A stretch of DNA of 64,000 bases from Octopus bimaculoides (taxonomy: Eukaryota). Made by a program: the position numbers and the translations under genes. The stretch spans positions 62,593,279-62,657,278 of the forward strand of contig NC_068985.1 in the NCBI RefSeq assembly GCF_001194135.2, given 5' to 3'. A model generated the notes under the pieces. That model was given only the letters and a program-made list of their open reading frames with translations, ran no database searches and was not told where the DNA came from. Below are positions 22,495 to 36,002 of the stretch, one piece after another. The stretch's first letter is position 1. The number at the start of each line of letters is the position of its first letter.

Positions 22495-24650
22495 ATCTGA
22501 AAGGAGGTGTTCTACAAAGGTGAAATACAACATATTCACATCCAAATCTGCCAGAACATAGTCTTTTATTAGTTTTAACGATAAAGTATGGATACGTAGG
22601 GATACACCAGATGCTTTTGATGTCCCCATGGGGAGTTCGGACTCCGCACAAATAGCTGATATTGTAGGTTCTTTTATTCTTTATGAATTGGATGATCAAT
22701 TTCCTATGATTAGGGGGGGGGTCTATATAGGGATGATTGTCTTCTATATATTAGGAATAGCTCCAACCAACAATTACAGAGACTTAAAGGTAGATTGGCT
22801 AGATTTTTTCGTAGAATGGGGATGAATATTATTTATGAAGACAATATATTTCTTTAGCTAATTTCTTAGATGTGACATTAGATATTAAAAATGATACATA
22901 TAGACCATATCATAAACCTTCCACTAACCTGAAATATATCAGTAAGTGGAGTAATAATCCTAGAAAAATTATCGATAATTTAGTAAGAAATATTTCATTA
23001 AGACTTTCTAAATTATCCGCAAATGATATGGTTTTTGATAATGAAGCTCAATTTTATAATTCAGCATTAAATAGGGCTGGATACAAAGAGAAGGTTTATT
23101 ATGTCAAACCTGACTGTAACAATATTAAGACAGCTATGAATTATAAGAATAATAAGTGTAAGAATAAGTTAAGAGGAAATAAAGACAAAAAAACCCAGAG
23201 ATATTCATAAACGTAACATAGGTAATTTAAAATTTTTTAAGAATTATACAAATAACTGCGATAACACTAAAGATGATAACGTATGGTTCATAATCCCTTT
23301 TGGTAGAAATGTTAAATCTAATTTGATTGCACAGTTTAGAGAGGTGATAAGTAGATATTTCCCAAAGAATTCACATTATGGTAAAATTATTAATACACAT
23401 AGCATTAGGTTTGGTTTCTCAAACACTAAGAACTTAATTGCAGCTCATAATTTTAAAATACTTAAATCAAAGGGAATTGGGGAGAATAGTAATGAGAATC
23501 CTGACATAAATAATAATAATTATAATAATCGTACTAGGATTACAGTAACAGATGTTAACCCCAGAATACTGAAGTTTGAAGGCCTAAATGTTAGATCGAA
23601 GAACATAGTTTATCAATGTAAGGTAACGACCCAAACAGATGTTAACATATACGTGTGTTGTTCTTCGGGACAAACTTGTAAACGAATATCGAATCATTAT
23701 AATACGTTTAGAGATAGAAGTAAAATGGCGAATAGTAGTCTTAGTAAATTTATTTGGGAACTGAAGGAACAAAAAAAGCAATATTCGTTAGAATGGTTAA
23801 TTATTGGGAAATCTTTCCCTTATGATAAAGGTTGTGTAATCTAGAATTATTTTTTATATTATTTTCTAAGGGTAAGTTAATAAATAAACTCACATACAAT
23901 GCTTTCAGATGTAGTCATTTTCTTAGGCATACGTTTTTCTGGTTTAAATAAATTATAAATTTCAATATGATCGGGTAGGAAATACAGGATATATTAACTG
24001 TATGATTTGTTGCTAATAATCTAATTGTATATTTGTATTTATTTACTAAAGTTTCTAGAGATAAATATAATATAGATTACCATTAGTTTAGAATTTAATT
24101 TATTACCAGTGATCAATAATTTGTATTACTTGATTGTTATAATTAATAATATTATTAGGGTTGTCTCCTTTAGACGGAATTTATTTGATGATGAAGTTCT
24201 TTATTATTTATTCGTTGGACATAACGCGTTTTTAATTAAAATTTAGAGTAGATGACAAGTCTTTTATTTTATAAATAGCGTTCGGTATTTGAACATTTAG
24301 TTACTATTGTGTAACATACAGTTATTGATCATGGAGGAATATTGGATGTAGATCAGCCTTAGAGATTATAAATTTTTTTTGGTGTTTACTTTTTACTTTC
24401 ACTCTGAGAATGTGTAAGGAAATTTATTTAACTTGAATTAAGAGTTGAATTTGACCTTATACAGAAATGTTTACATAGGTAATAAACTTTAATATATAGG
24501 GATATTAGCGTCAAAGCTCTTATTTAAATTTTGATATATAACCAAGGAGATCGATTCATAAGGAGTTTATTATAGACCTTTATGGACGGATTTTTGCTAT
24601 TTTGGTAATGATTGCATGTTTTATCTTACCAATACATTTGGTAGATATCA
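22495..24650 (+). mobile_element. Penelope-like element relic (RT plus GIY-YIG)
   Basis: FDVPMGSSDSAQIADIVG, FLDVTLDIKNDTYRPYHKP..SNNP, WFIIPF, NIVYQCKV..IYVC and SSLSKFIWELK..LEWLI. Confidence 0.85.
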
Positions 24651-24710
24651 TTATATGAACATATATATATATATATATAAATCCAGAAGAGTGGTACAAG
24701 GCACCAATAG

Positions 24711-24748
<38 letters not shown>

Positions 24749-24775
24749 CATACATACATACATACATACATACAT

Positions 24776-24812
<37 letters not shown>

Positions 24813-24886
24813 TCAGATAAGGGAAGTGAAGTGAGAGAATAGGAGTTTATTTCATTAGTTTGCAGCACTGTTTTTATAGTGCATAT

Positions 24887-25030
24887 TACAAGGGTGAGCT
24901 GAAAAGTTCACAGGCTGACTATAAAGGAGTGATGCTAGAGCTGTGAAATCTTGTAGCTAATCTGCTGCATTGAGGTTATCTTCTGTGAAGCTTTGCTGAA
25001 TAGCCTCAAGTTCCACCATTAATTTTATAC
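24887..25030. mobile_element. Possible mariner-type TIR fragment or MITE relic
   Basis: TACAAGGGTGAGCTGAAAAGTTC resembles mariner TIR starts; no partner TIR was found. Confidence 0.3.
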
Positions 25031-25599
25031 TGTCCGGTGACTTAGTTGAGAGCAATAGTCAAAATGATTTTGAGGGCCATTGTGATTTCCTGCTATCTTG
25101 TTCTGAAAGTTCTAAGAATTCATCAGGCTAGCCATCTTATAGACATTTTATTACCAACTGGGAAGGATGCATTATTACTTGTGTCAATGCCCAGATCATG
25201 CATTGATTGTGGTTTCAAGAGGGCAAGAACTTCAAGTAAAGTGTATTTCTTTACTACAAACGTTAAATATGATTCCAGATAACAAATCATTAAAACTCAG
25301 TATGTTCCTACCAAACTTTCAAATGATCAAAAGGAAGTTAATTGAACAACTAAATATTTATTAAATTCTTTAACTAAATAACTTTCTGAGTATTCATTAT
25401 TACAGAGAAAGAATTTAAATTATAACACACTGTTTAACAATCATATTCACGTATTCCTTGTAAAATATTCCATTTGTTCTTCAGATTGGCTACTGGATAA
25501 ACAACCATTACTATTAAGCTACAACTGTTATTGCTATAAAACCGTTTAAGTGGTAAATTATCCAATTTATAAATCTTTTGGACAAAATGCCTTGTATTT

Positions 25600-25700
25600 A
25601 TCCCAACTTTTCACTCTGAGTTCAAATTCCACCAAGGTCAACTTTTACTTCATCCTTTCAGGGTCAATAATGTAAAGTTCCAGTCCAGGGCAGTGAACTT
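25600..25700 (+). mobile_element. SINE fragment (third family)
   Basis: GAGTTCAAATTCC B-box followed by CATCCTTTCAGGGTCAATAA, as in the copies at 63.3-63.7 kb. Confidence 0.5.
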
Positions 25701-26556
25701 GCAGAATTGTTAGAGAGTGGGATTGGATGCCCTGTGGTGTTTGTTCTTTTTAATGTTCTGAGTTCTTGGTTTGTAGATGCAACTCTTTGACACTTATACC
25801 AGCCATATCCAGCCAAATATTCAGAGATCTAACCTCTCACTCCTACCCTACAGTGTCATTCTAAAGTAAGCAATCACATCATCAAAATCTCAGCTATGTA
25901 TGATTAATTCAAATCAATGTGAATAAATAGGCATTACATTTCAGAGAGTAACTTAAATGCTAAAGGGTTTATCTCTCATTTGGGGTAATACCACTCTTGT
26001 CCTTGGGCACCTTCAGCAGAGTCCATTCTGTTGTAAGTGTCCAGGCCAGGTCTCCTATTTAGGGACATCTTCCTCCCGTATTACCACCAGTTTTGGAGAC
26101 TGAAAATATAAAGGGTCAGGGAGGTTGCATTCTCCTTCCTCACTAAGTGATAAAATAACAATAAATTCTCCTCAGGTCAGCCCTGACCCAACAGAACTAT
26201 GTTTAAAAACATTCCATCAACAACCATCATGTTCTATTCAAACAGTGAATTCAAGACTCTATTAATCAAAGTGCCTTTCATCCTATAAGACTGTAATGCA
26301 AATATACATAGATTTGGGTACTGTTTTCAGTGGGTTAAGTGACCTTCCCCCCACCCTCAAATGTTCTCTCAGTAACTGAATGCAAATTCTTTTGATACCA
26401 GATCTCATGAAATTTTGGTATTTTAAAGTTAACTTACTCTGGCCTTGCATACAAAAGAAATAATGCACCTGTCTAGTTAGGAAATGCATTTCAGAGAATA
26501 ACATCTGGAAACATTTCCTTTTTTTTTTTTTTTAGCTTCTTCCTCTTGATTTGAAT

Positions 26557-27102
26557 TTATTCAAGAATATTGAAAGAATTAATTTCATTATTATAGGCAG
26601 ATGCTGTCATTAATTCTTCTCTGATTGACTGAATGAGAGGTTGTGAGGAGTTTGGCTTGATGTTCTTATAAATAGCATCAATTTCATCGTCTGTAGCTTT
26701 CTGTGATATCTTTTGTTGTAAGAATGATTGATTAGAACTGGAAGTCTGTGGAGAGAATCTGGAAAATTGTTGAACAGTGCTAATTTTATTACTGTTCTTA
26801 GAAGACAAGTTTGGTATCTTAGAGCCAATAGTTCTTAATTGATTTGTTGAGATGTCTAGACTCGTTGTAACTTGTCTACGAGGACATAACTGATGTCTGG
26901 CAGCAGGATATGAAGTTGGGTTAGACAAGTGAGGGAAGTAATAACTGGAACTTGGGGTACTACAACAGAAATTATTGATGCCAGGTATGAGATTATTTTC
27001 TTTATGATTCTCTGGGAAATGCTGAGTAGAATGCATCAAAGGTTTTGGAGAATGTTTATGATCAAAACAGTCTTTATTTGGGACCATAAAAGGTATCCAA
27101 GC
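26557..27102 (-). CDS. Host gene exon, 3'-most of three; S/N/Q-rich; product unknown
   Basis: Acceptor TTTTTTTTTTTGTAG, then a phase-0 open frame AWIPFMVPNKDCF...SFNILE* (546 nt) with no TE motifs. Confidence 0.6.
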   Translation of the reverse strand, partial: AWIPFMVPNKDCFDHKHSPKPLMHSTQHFPENHKENNLIPGINNFCCSTPSSSYYFPHLSNPTSYPAARHQLCPRRQVTTSLDISTNQLRTIGSKIPNLSSKNSNKISTVQQFSRFSPQTSSSNQSFLQQKISQKATDDEIDAIYKNIKPNSSQPLIQSIREELMTASAYNNEINSFNILE

Positions 27103-27207
27103 CTACAAAAAAAAAATTAAGTTAAATTTAGTTTATGTCATCAGCCATGTCCTTCTCATGTCACATAACTACCACCACCAACATCATGTCATCATCGTCA
27201 TCGTCAT

Positions 27208-27239
<32 letters not shown>

Positions 27240-27881
27240 TGTTTCCAGTCTCTCTTCCACATTGACTGCACTATGATATTTCATCTTATCATACTTCATC
27301 ATGTGAGGATTGATATTCTTAGAATATCTAAACTGAACTTCAAATGCTTTCACTGTTCCACCAGGTATTCTATTTTATCAACTTCCCCAAAAGGACAAAA
27401 GGTAAAGACGATCTTGACAACATTTTAATTCAAGACTGAAACAAATTCTGCAAAGTATTTTAGCTGATGCTCTAGTGACACACCATCTAACTTCCTAGGT
27501 CTCCAACCATTGTCTTATACTACTTTCTACCTCACATCTTCTCTGGAGACATCTACTGTTCTCAGTTGATCTTTCTCCCCTCTCAGTTGATCTCTCTCCT
27601 TTCTCAGTTGGCCCCTCTCCCCCTCTCAGGTGATCTCTTCCATTACCCCTGCTCAATAGATTCCTCACTCCTTCTCAGATCTTTATCTCATAATAATTAT
27701 CTCCACTTCTCAGGAAATCTTATGATGATGATGATGATGATGACGACGCTGTCAGAGGAGGTGGTGGTGGTGGTGGTGGTGGCGGCGGTGGCGGCAATGA
27801 CAGCAATGATGACGACGACAATTATAATGAAAGTTTATTATAATGAAAGCTTATTAAAACCAAAATTACAATAAAACTTAC

Positions 27882-28015
27882 TTCATCAGAAGAAATTTTA
27901 CTCAGTTCATCTCCTGCTTTGTTCCACGAAGGAGAAATATTATGTCTAGAATAACCAAGTTGAGGAGTACATTTACATTGCTGATACTGGAAGTACTTTG
28001 GAACATGTTGCATCT
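27882..28015 (-). CDS. Host gene internal exon (134 nt)
   Basis: Acceptor ATATTTTACAG and donor GTAAGT; frame (E)MQHVPKYFQY...SKISSDE; starts phase 1 and ends phase 0, matching both neighbours. Confidence 0.65.
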
Positions 28016-28103
28016 CTGTAAAATATATAACAGAAATATATATATCAGAAACATTTCTATAAAACCAACATTTATAAAATGTGGGACAATTCTAAACACT
28101 TAC

Positions 28104-28144
28104 CATGATTTGGTTCATGAAAAGATTGTGACAGAAATGGTTTC
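28104..28144 (-). CDS. Host gene internal exon (41 nt)
   Basis: Acceptor TTTCCTTCTTCCCTATTTTCAG and donor GTAAGT; frame KPFLSQSFHEPNH; ends phase 1. Confidence 0.65.
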
Positions 28145-28961
28145 CTGAAAATAGGGAAGAAGGAAATACTAAATTGTAATTTTCAAAATAAAAACATATT
28201 TATCAGTAATCAATAAGTACTGACATGATTGTAGATTAAATTTCTCAATATTCATTTCTTTCTACAGTAATATGCACTAACGAGTGAAAGATGCCTTGTT
28301 AAAATGAGAGAGGAGTAGAGTAAGTTGAAACACAAAGAATAAATTTAATTGAAAGAGGAATTTGTTAATTGAGGGAAAGAGTACAGTTAATAGATACTGG
28401 AACAGATTGGAGACAGAAGTTGTCTAATAATCAGAAATGTCAAAATATATACTCAAAATATCAACATGTAAACAAAACTGTTAAAACAAACCAAAAATGT
28501 CATCAAATAAAATTATTTTCAAATATGCTTCTTCACCTGAGAAATCATCTTTCAAAGTTGCAAGGTTTTGTATAATTAAAATAAAGCCAATAGCTGATGT
28601 GAAATAGTGGTTCTATCCTACCGTGAGCTGAGTACCTTCTAGTCTTCTACACTCATTGGTAGATATTACTTGGATAGGGACAAACACCTTTAATCTTTAG
28701 CTCTCATAATTCAGAAAAATATTGTTCAACAATACCATTATACATAGCATTTACTGTCATATATATATATAAAGCACAAAAAAAATATAGACTCTGAGTG
28801 GCTCTGTCCCCTTAAACAAAAATTTCACCTTCCCTTTTATTTCTTAGTAAACTCTCTTTCTCTCCCTCTCTTACTCTGAAAGCAACACCAACATTTGCCA
28901 GTCAAATTTCCCACACACACACATATATATATATATGTGACTGGGGGGGGGGAGTCGTTTT

Positions 28962-28999
<38 letters not shown>

Positions 29000-29012
<13 letters not shown>

Positions 29013-32000
29013 TTTGTTTACTTACAAAGAATAGGGTAATATCCAGATAGGTGTGTTGTTTGTGGTTCAATACACTTCTCTTGTTTATTTGCAAAGAAGA
29101 AAACACAGTAGTACTCCAGATAAGTGTGAAGTCTGTTTATTCCAACTGTAAAACTCAAGACTGTAATAATAATAACATAAACAAAAAAATTGAGATGCCT
29201 TGTGAACATTCTCATGAGTTCCAGAATTTTAAATTCTATTGACTAGTGATCTCCACAACACCTCCCCACCGAAACTGATGCACACTAGAAGAATCAACAA
29301 CAAAGTCTCTTTCTAGGCTTGGGTGTTCTTTTGAATTGTCTAGAGTTGTCCGGTTCATACTCTGGTACAAGCGGTTTGGTTTTGGATAGAAATGGTCTTG
29401 TCTGTCTCTGAGTTTGTGGCATTTCTTCCAGGATTTCCATTGGATGATCTGTTGGAAGTTTGGAAGTATTGTCAGTTTCATTGCCAGGTTTGCAGTCCTC
29501 TGCAGAAGCTTAGCATGGATGCAATTGTTCCCAGTGTCGTCTCCATACTGGGCTATGAGGAAAAACCTTAACATACCCAAAGACTTCATGACGACTGCTG
29601 CTATCCATCGGGGCATATACAGGATGACCAGTCTTGTACTGTTTGGTTATCTTGGCGACACCTGAGTCTGTTGTCATATCTGCCTTTGATGACACCTTGG
29701 ATTGCTTGCCCTGAGCTGTGTGTGCTGGTGAGGGCAGCAAAGAGTCAATCCTAGTCCGAGTCAATCCTAGTCCGAATCTACCGAGACATCAAGAGTTCAC
29801 TTGGAGATAGTCCACAGGATGTTGGCATTCGCCAGTACTGCATCAAAAACTCCTGAAGAGCTCATTTTGGGGGCAGAGAAGACTTTCTCAGTGCCTGCTT
29901 AAAAGATTGCACCAAACATTCTGCTGTTCCGGTAGTAACTGGATGGTATGGTGCACCTGTCAGGTGTGTGATCCCACGTTCTTTGCATCAGCTCTGAAAT
30001 TCTTCAGAAAGGAAAGTTGATGCATTATCTGTGACCAGCGTGTGAGGATATCTGAAGTTAGTGAAGTCCTCTTTTAGCAGATCTAGAGTGGCTCAAGTGG
30101 ATGTGGATGACATTGGATGAACACATGGATATCGTGAGAAGGCGTCAGTGATCACCAGCCAGTTTGTACCCATGAAGTTGATGGCATGATCCATGTGTAA
30201 ACAGCTCCATGGCTTCTCTGGTAGCATCCATGGGTGAACTGAAGGCTTGGATGGCTTGTTTTGATGTTTGCCACACGAGTCACATCGTCGACTAGCTACT
30301 TCAATAGCTGCATCAATACCGGGCCAGTAGACAGTGGTTCTTGCTAATTGCTTCATATGTTCCATGCCGAAGTGTCCGATATGCAGTAGATCTAGGATAT
30401 TGGACTGTAGGTTCTATGGAAACAAAACTCTTGATCCATGGATGAGGCATCCATGGTAGATACTGAGTGAATCCAACAACTTCTGAAACTTTTCAACTTC
30501 ATCTCAGTGTGCTTCATTGGCCACCCTTCATAGACATAGTGCAGCACTGTAGTTATCGCTAGATCTTTCCCAGACAGAGATGGGAAGTTTAGATGGAAAC
30601 AGAGGATGTTTCCATCTAAAGGTTTGACTTGAAGACTGAGAACTCCAATGGTACACACCATGTCCATGTCTTAACCACTTTCCCCCTTGTTGAAGTTGTT
30701 GTCATTTCCAAATGTTAAGTGACTAAGAACATCTGCATTGTCATGATCCACTGTTTTCTAGTACTCAATTGTGTAGTCAAACTGGTTCAGCCACAAAGCC
30801 CACCGAGCTAGTCAGTTGGCTGAAAGAAGTGGTGTCCCTTTCTTCGGGCCAAATAGTGTTGTCAGTGGTTTATGATCAGTCACCAGATGAACTGACATCA
30901 GTACAGATACTGGTAGTATTTCCGCAAGCCAAAGATAATGGATAGGGCTTCCTTGTGGATTTGGCTGTAGTTTCTTTATGCAAACGTGAAAGTCTTGGAC
31001 ACATTGGCAAATGGGCGCTCACTTCCATCCAGATAGCAATGAAACAAGACAGTTCCAATTCTGATGTTGGATGCGTCACAAGCCAGTCCGAGAGGCTTGT
31101 CTGGGTTTGAAATGTACAAGGACTTGATCTGAGGATAGTAAGCTTTTCAACTGTTTAAACACTCTTTGCTACTCATCTCTTCACTTCCAAGGAGTTGCCT
31201 TCTTGGTTAAATGGTAAAGTGGCTCAACCATAGTGGCCAGGTTTGGGATAAACTTCCTGTAGAACTGAACCAAACCCAAGAAAGACTTTAAGCTAGAGAC
31301 ATCTATAGGGGGTGGCATCTTCATGACTGCCTCAACCTTGGATCCCTTCCCAATTCCTTCGACTATTAAGGTGTGGACAAGATATTCCACATTGGTTTGT
31401 GTGAACAAGCACTTTTCATGGTGACATCTGAGTCCTTTGTCGTTCAGATGAGAGAGCAAATGCCTCAGGTTGCTCAAGTGATCATTTGTGTCTTTCTTGC
31501 TAACAAGCATATCATCTTGGAAAACAGCAACTCCAGACAGATCACTGGTCAGATTTTCCATAATCTCCTGGAAGTAACTAAGCACTGATTTGATTCCAAA
31601 TGGGAGTTGTTGTTGCAGGAGTACTCCACGGAGAGTGCTGAGAGCTAGCTTTCGTTGACTCTCTGGTACCTGTTTGATCTGGTTGCAGACATCAGCAAGG
31701 TCAATCTTTGTATAACCGTATCCACCTCCCAGCTTTTTCATCAGTACCTCTGGGAGTGGCATTGGATGATGGTGTTCAAGCTGATTGTTGATGCCAACTG
31801 AGTAGACATCACAAATCCGTAACTTGGGCTTCAGAGTGCCCAGATTATGTGCTCTGCAAATCGGTACCACTGGTGTTCTGTATTCATTGAACTGGACTTG
31901 CTTCCAGACTCCTTTGCGATACCTTCTTCGTAATATTTGGCCAGGTCAGCACAATGAGTGAATGGAACCAGTCATGCCTTGTGAAAAAACAGCTTGGCAT

Positions 32001-33858
32001 CAGACTTGCATTTTACTTCCAGTTTGAAATCCTTAAGAGATTGTGACAATGTCGTTGCAGGGAAGTATAAAGCTCGTTAGAGGATTTAGGATGTGATGTT
32101 TTTGTACGCTTACTTGTCTTAACTCCCTATGCATTTCAGTCCAAGAGTATTGTCTACAGAAATTCCTAGTGTCTGGATAGTGTTTCATCCCAGCAAGTTC
32201 AGGTCAAGGATCTTGGTGACAATGTAAGAAATTGTGCTTTGTTTACCAGTCATTGAATCCTTGGTTTCAGCCATGAAAGTTCCCAGCACAGGCAGGTCAT
32301 GCTTGCTGGCAGACTTGTAGCAATGTCCGACATCATCCAGCTTCAGTTTCCCTAGTTGTTTCCAGATCAGCAAAGAAACGAAATTTCCAGTAGTTGCAGT
32401 GTCAAGTTCCATCACGAACTGTCGGTCCTGGATAGTTATTGGCACAACATCAGGAAATTTACTTGGGATTACTTTGACAAGCTCTGCTTTTGTGATTCTC
32501 TTCGCAGGTTTGGAACGATGTTCCCATTGCTTTTTCTTACAAACAGCTTCCAAATGTTCTTTCTTGTCACAAAAGTGGCATTTGATTTCTTTGTAGGAGC
32601 AGTTTGTCACTTTATGGGCCTTTCCACATCTGTAACACTTCAACTCAAGATCTGTGGAATTAGATTGCTGGTGGTTTATTCATTCTGGGTTTACTTGACC
32701 TTGTTGACAGGCCTGGTCTTGGAATTGTAAACAGTTTCTTTGGCAATCTTTACTGCGTCTTTGGACTCAGTTGCGACTTGGGCAAAGTCCAGCTCTGTGT
32801 CCTTGATCTTAAAAAGAGCCCTTAAGACAGCTTTATTGCTGACATGACATATGAATCTCTGTCTAAGAGCTTCATCTTGAGGGTTTGTGATAGAAGGAAA
32901 GTCACAGGTAGCAGTGTCCTGAAGAGTTTCACCTGGCTTCTGTTGCATGTCACTCCATAACTTGAAACGTTCTCGCACAATGAAATGTTCTGGGTTAAAT
33001 TGTTTCTTCATAAAGCTGGCAATTTCCTCCATTGTCAGCTCATTAATATCCTTTGGTGGACTCTATTGATTAGCCAAATTCGCCAGTTGTTTATAAATGG
33101 CAACAGTTTGATTTGTCAAAAAACATTTGAGCCTTGTGCTGGTCAGGCACAGCGTTTGCTATCATAAAGGTGCAGAATCTTGACCAATAATCAGGCCACA
33201 ATTCAGATGCTGAATCAAAAGCAACAAATGGTGGGATAGCAGTAGAAGCTGAAATACGAAAACTTGGACTGGAATCTTTTTCAGAAATTTGAACTTGAAT
33301 CAGCCTTCTCAAAGCTTCCATATCTTCTCTGTGCTGTTGCGTCTATACCTCCATTTGTTCCCTCTGAAGTTGAGTAACTTTATCAGCTCACCACTTTGTT
33401 TTGCCATTGTTACCAATGTAAAAATAGTTGAATTATTGTTTTATCTAAATTGAAGCTTTTGAGCAAAACTGGTTGTTTACCTTTCAAATAATTATATCTG
33501 AGTGTCGAAGTAAAAAGTCCACTCTACAAGAATAGTCTTTCTTATCCTTTCATAAGAATCCACTTCACAAAAATGACAACAGTATCCTATTGGCGATGCC
33601 AATTTGTTATATTTCTCTAGTTTATTTACAAAGAATAGAGCAATAATACAGATAAGTGTGTTTGTGGTTCAATATACTTCTCTCATTTACTCACAAAGAA
33701 GAAAACACAGTGGTATTCCAGATAGGTGTGAAGTCTGTTTATTCCAACTGTAAAACTCAAGACTGTAGTAATAACGTAAACCAAAAATCGAGACACCTTG
33801 TGAATATTCTCGCAAGTTCCAGAACTTTGAATTCTATTGACTAGTGATCTTCACAACA
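29000..33858 (-). mobile_element. Full-length but decayed Gypsy LTR retrotransposon (LTRs at about 29000-29260 and 33605-33858)
   Basis: Two ~255 bp direct repeats; PBS-like TGGCATCGCCAATAGGA; PPT GGTGGGGAGG. Order is gag (CYRCGKAHKVTNC), protease (ELDTA), RT (FQDDML), RNase H, integrase (WPGID..CDSC, PW..LHMD). Confidence 0.9.
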
Positions 33859-33859
33859 C

Positions 33860-33902
<43 letters not shown>

Positions 33903-36002
33903 NNNNNNNNNNNNNNNNNNNNNNNNNNNNNNNNNNNNNNNNNNNNNNNNNNNNNNNNNNNNNNNNNNNNNNNNNNNNNNNNNNNNNNNNNNNNNNNNNN
34001 NNNNNNNNNNNNNNNNNNNNNNNNNNNNNNNNNNNNNNNNNNNNNNNNNNNNNNNNNNNNNNNNNNNNNNNNNNNNNNNNATATATAATGGAGAAATTGT
34101 ACAAAATGTATAAATGAATAATGAGTAAAGCACCGGCACAGTTTCAATTACCTGTTGTAATCCATAGATTTACTGCAGGAACTTCATAGTGGTGGTTGGG
34201 GTAACAGTATTAATAAAATAGGAGATGGAATGTGTAATAGACTTTATTGGGTACAACACACTTCGACCCGTTCTAGGTCTCTTCAGGTACATCAATAAAA
34301 AGCTTCACAAGAGATTTCTTGAGTTAGCTTGTGTACTGCTATATGTCCATCAAATTCAAATGGTTCATCTGGAAAGGCAGCTTAGACCCCACCACATGTC
34401 TAAATTCAAGAACTGAACTTTTCGGATCATGTCCACATGTGGCTAAATATTTGCTACGTTTTTGGTCCACCTGAGTTTACTGATGGGACTTGCTTTCTAC
34501 ATTGTGCCTATGTATAAGCTTTTTATCTCTCTATACTTTTTACTTAGTTTTCTTATATACTTTTAATATTTTTTTACATATTTATAATGTTTTGTATATT
34601 TTCCACATATATTTTTTCTGTATTCTCCCCTCCACCCCACTTTTTTCCTGTGCGTCTATAGACACGTACATGGAACCTTATGTGCGCACTTGTGAATGTG
34701 TGCATGTGTGTGGGTACGTGCGTATATAGATGTGTGTGTGCATGCAAAAATATGCGCATATAGACACGTTTTAACCTTATAGCATTTTCACACTTTCTTC
34801 TCTATTTTGCTTTTAGACCTGTGATTTTTTTTTTGCATGCGTGTGTATGGGTGCGAGGGTGTTGAGCGTGGGTGTGTGTGGGTGTGTATGCGGGTATATA
34901 TATGTATATGTATATATATATATAGTTTTTGGCGAGTATGTGGGTGAGAATGTGTGTTTTCAAGCGAGCGTGGTTGAGTATATACATATAGGCAAATGTA
35001 CGGATTGGTGCACTTACGCGAACACTATAGACTTTTCTACTCCCTTACCTTTACTCCTTCCCTTTACTTAGCAGTCCATAGCTCTTTTGTCTTAATAACG
35101 GTCAACAACACAGTAATTTGTTTTTGTTTAACGGTCATTTTTCACAGGAATTTTCAAAGGCCGGATAACTGAAGAGATGGCGGCGTGGGTTCCCACCCCG
35201 GCATCCGAAACTCAGAGTTTTATCATGGCTACCGAATAAGTGTCACATATTTTTACAGATAAATTCCTCTATTTACATAATATCGAGGTCTCTTTCTTTC
35301 TTGTGTTGTCCTTTCTATCAATATATATATATACATATGTATGTATATATGTATGTATGTATATGTACATATATATATATATATATATGCATACATACAT
35401 ATATGTTTATGTATATATCTATACCTTCTTCTCTCAAGCTATTTTGTTGTTTATTTCTGCGTCATCTTAAAAGTTTCGTTTTAGAAGTTGCATTGTTTTA
35501 GCTTGTTGAATAGTTTATCTGGTCTCCTGTATTACAATGTTTCTGCTATGGGATAGCCATGTGGCTTGGTTAGTCTTGGTGCATGCTCCCATCCCACCAT
35601 CACTGCCTATATCAAAAGTCTTTCACTTGAAACCTTTCTTCTCTACAGGAAACCCCCTCCCTCCAGCTCACATCAGTTTACTAGCAGCAACAGTACTATG
35701 ATATTAAAAGGCACAACTAGCTTGCTTGCATAGGAAATGGACAAATGACAAGTGTACTTGCCAACTGGTTAATAACCAGTACTATTTTATCTTTATGTAA
35801 GCAATGGATTATACCACTCCATCTTCTTCTGGTATATGTGGCTAATGTGAATGACAGTAAATTAAATGCAAAGTGAAACTTATATGAACTTATATAATAT
35901 ATCTTGCAAATGTCCATGCAAACCTTCTTTTCAGATGCAGAATGCTGTCCTCCATCCCTCTGCTCCCTCTTGCCACCCCTTCATCACCCTTATCCACCCT
36001 TC

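Noticed and set aside
27135-27874. Poly-Ser and poly-Met/Val ORFs
   Set aside because: They are translations of (CAT)n, (GAT)n and (GGT)n microsatellites within the predicted intron.
28623-28688. Possible exon VFVPIQVISTNECRRLEGTQLT (minus strand)
   Set aside because: The acceptor has no pyrimidine tract, and the end phase (0) is incompatible with the next supported exon (phase 2).
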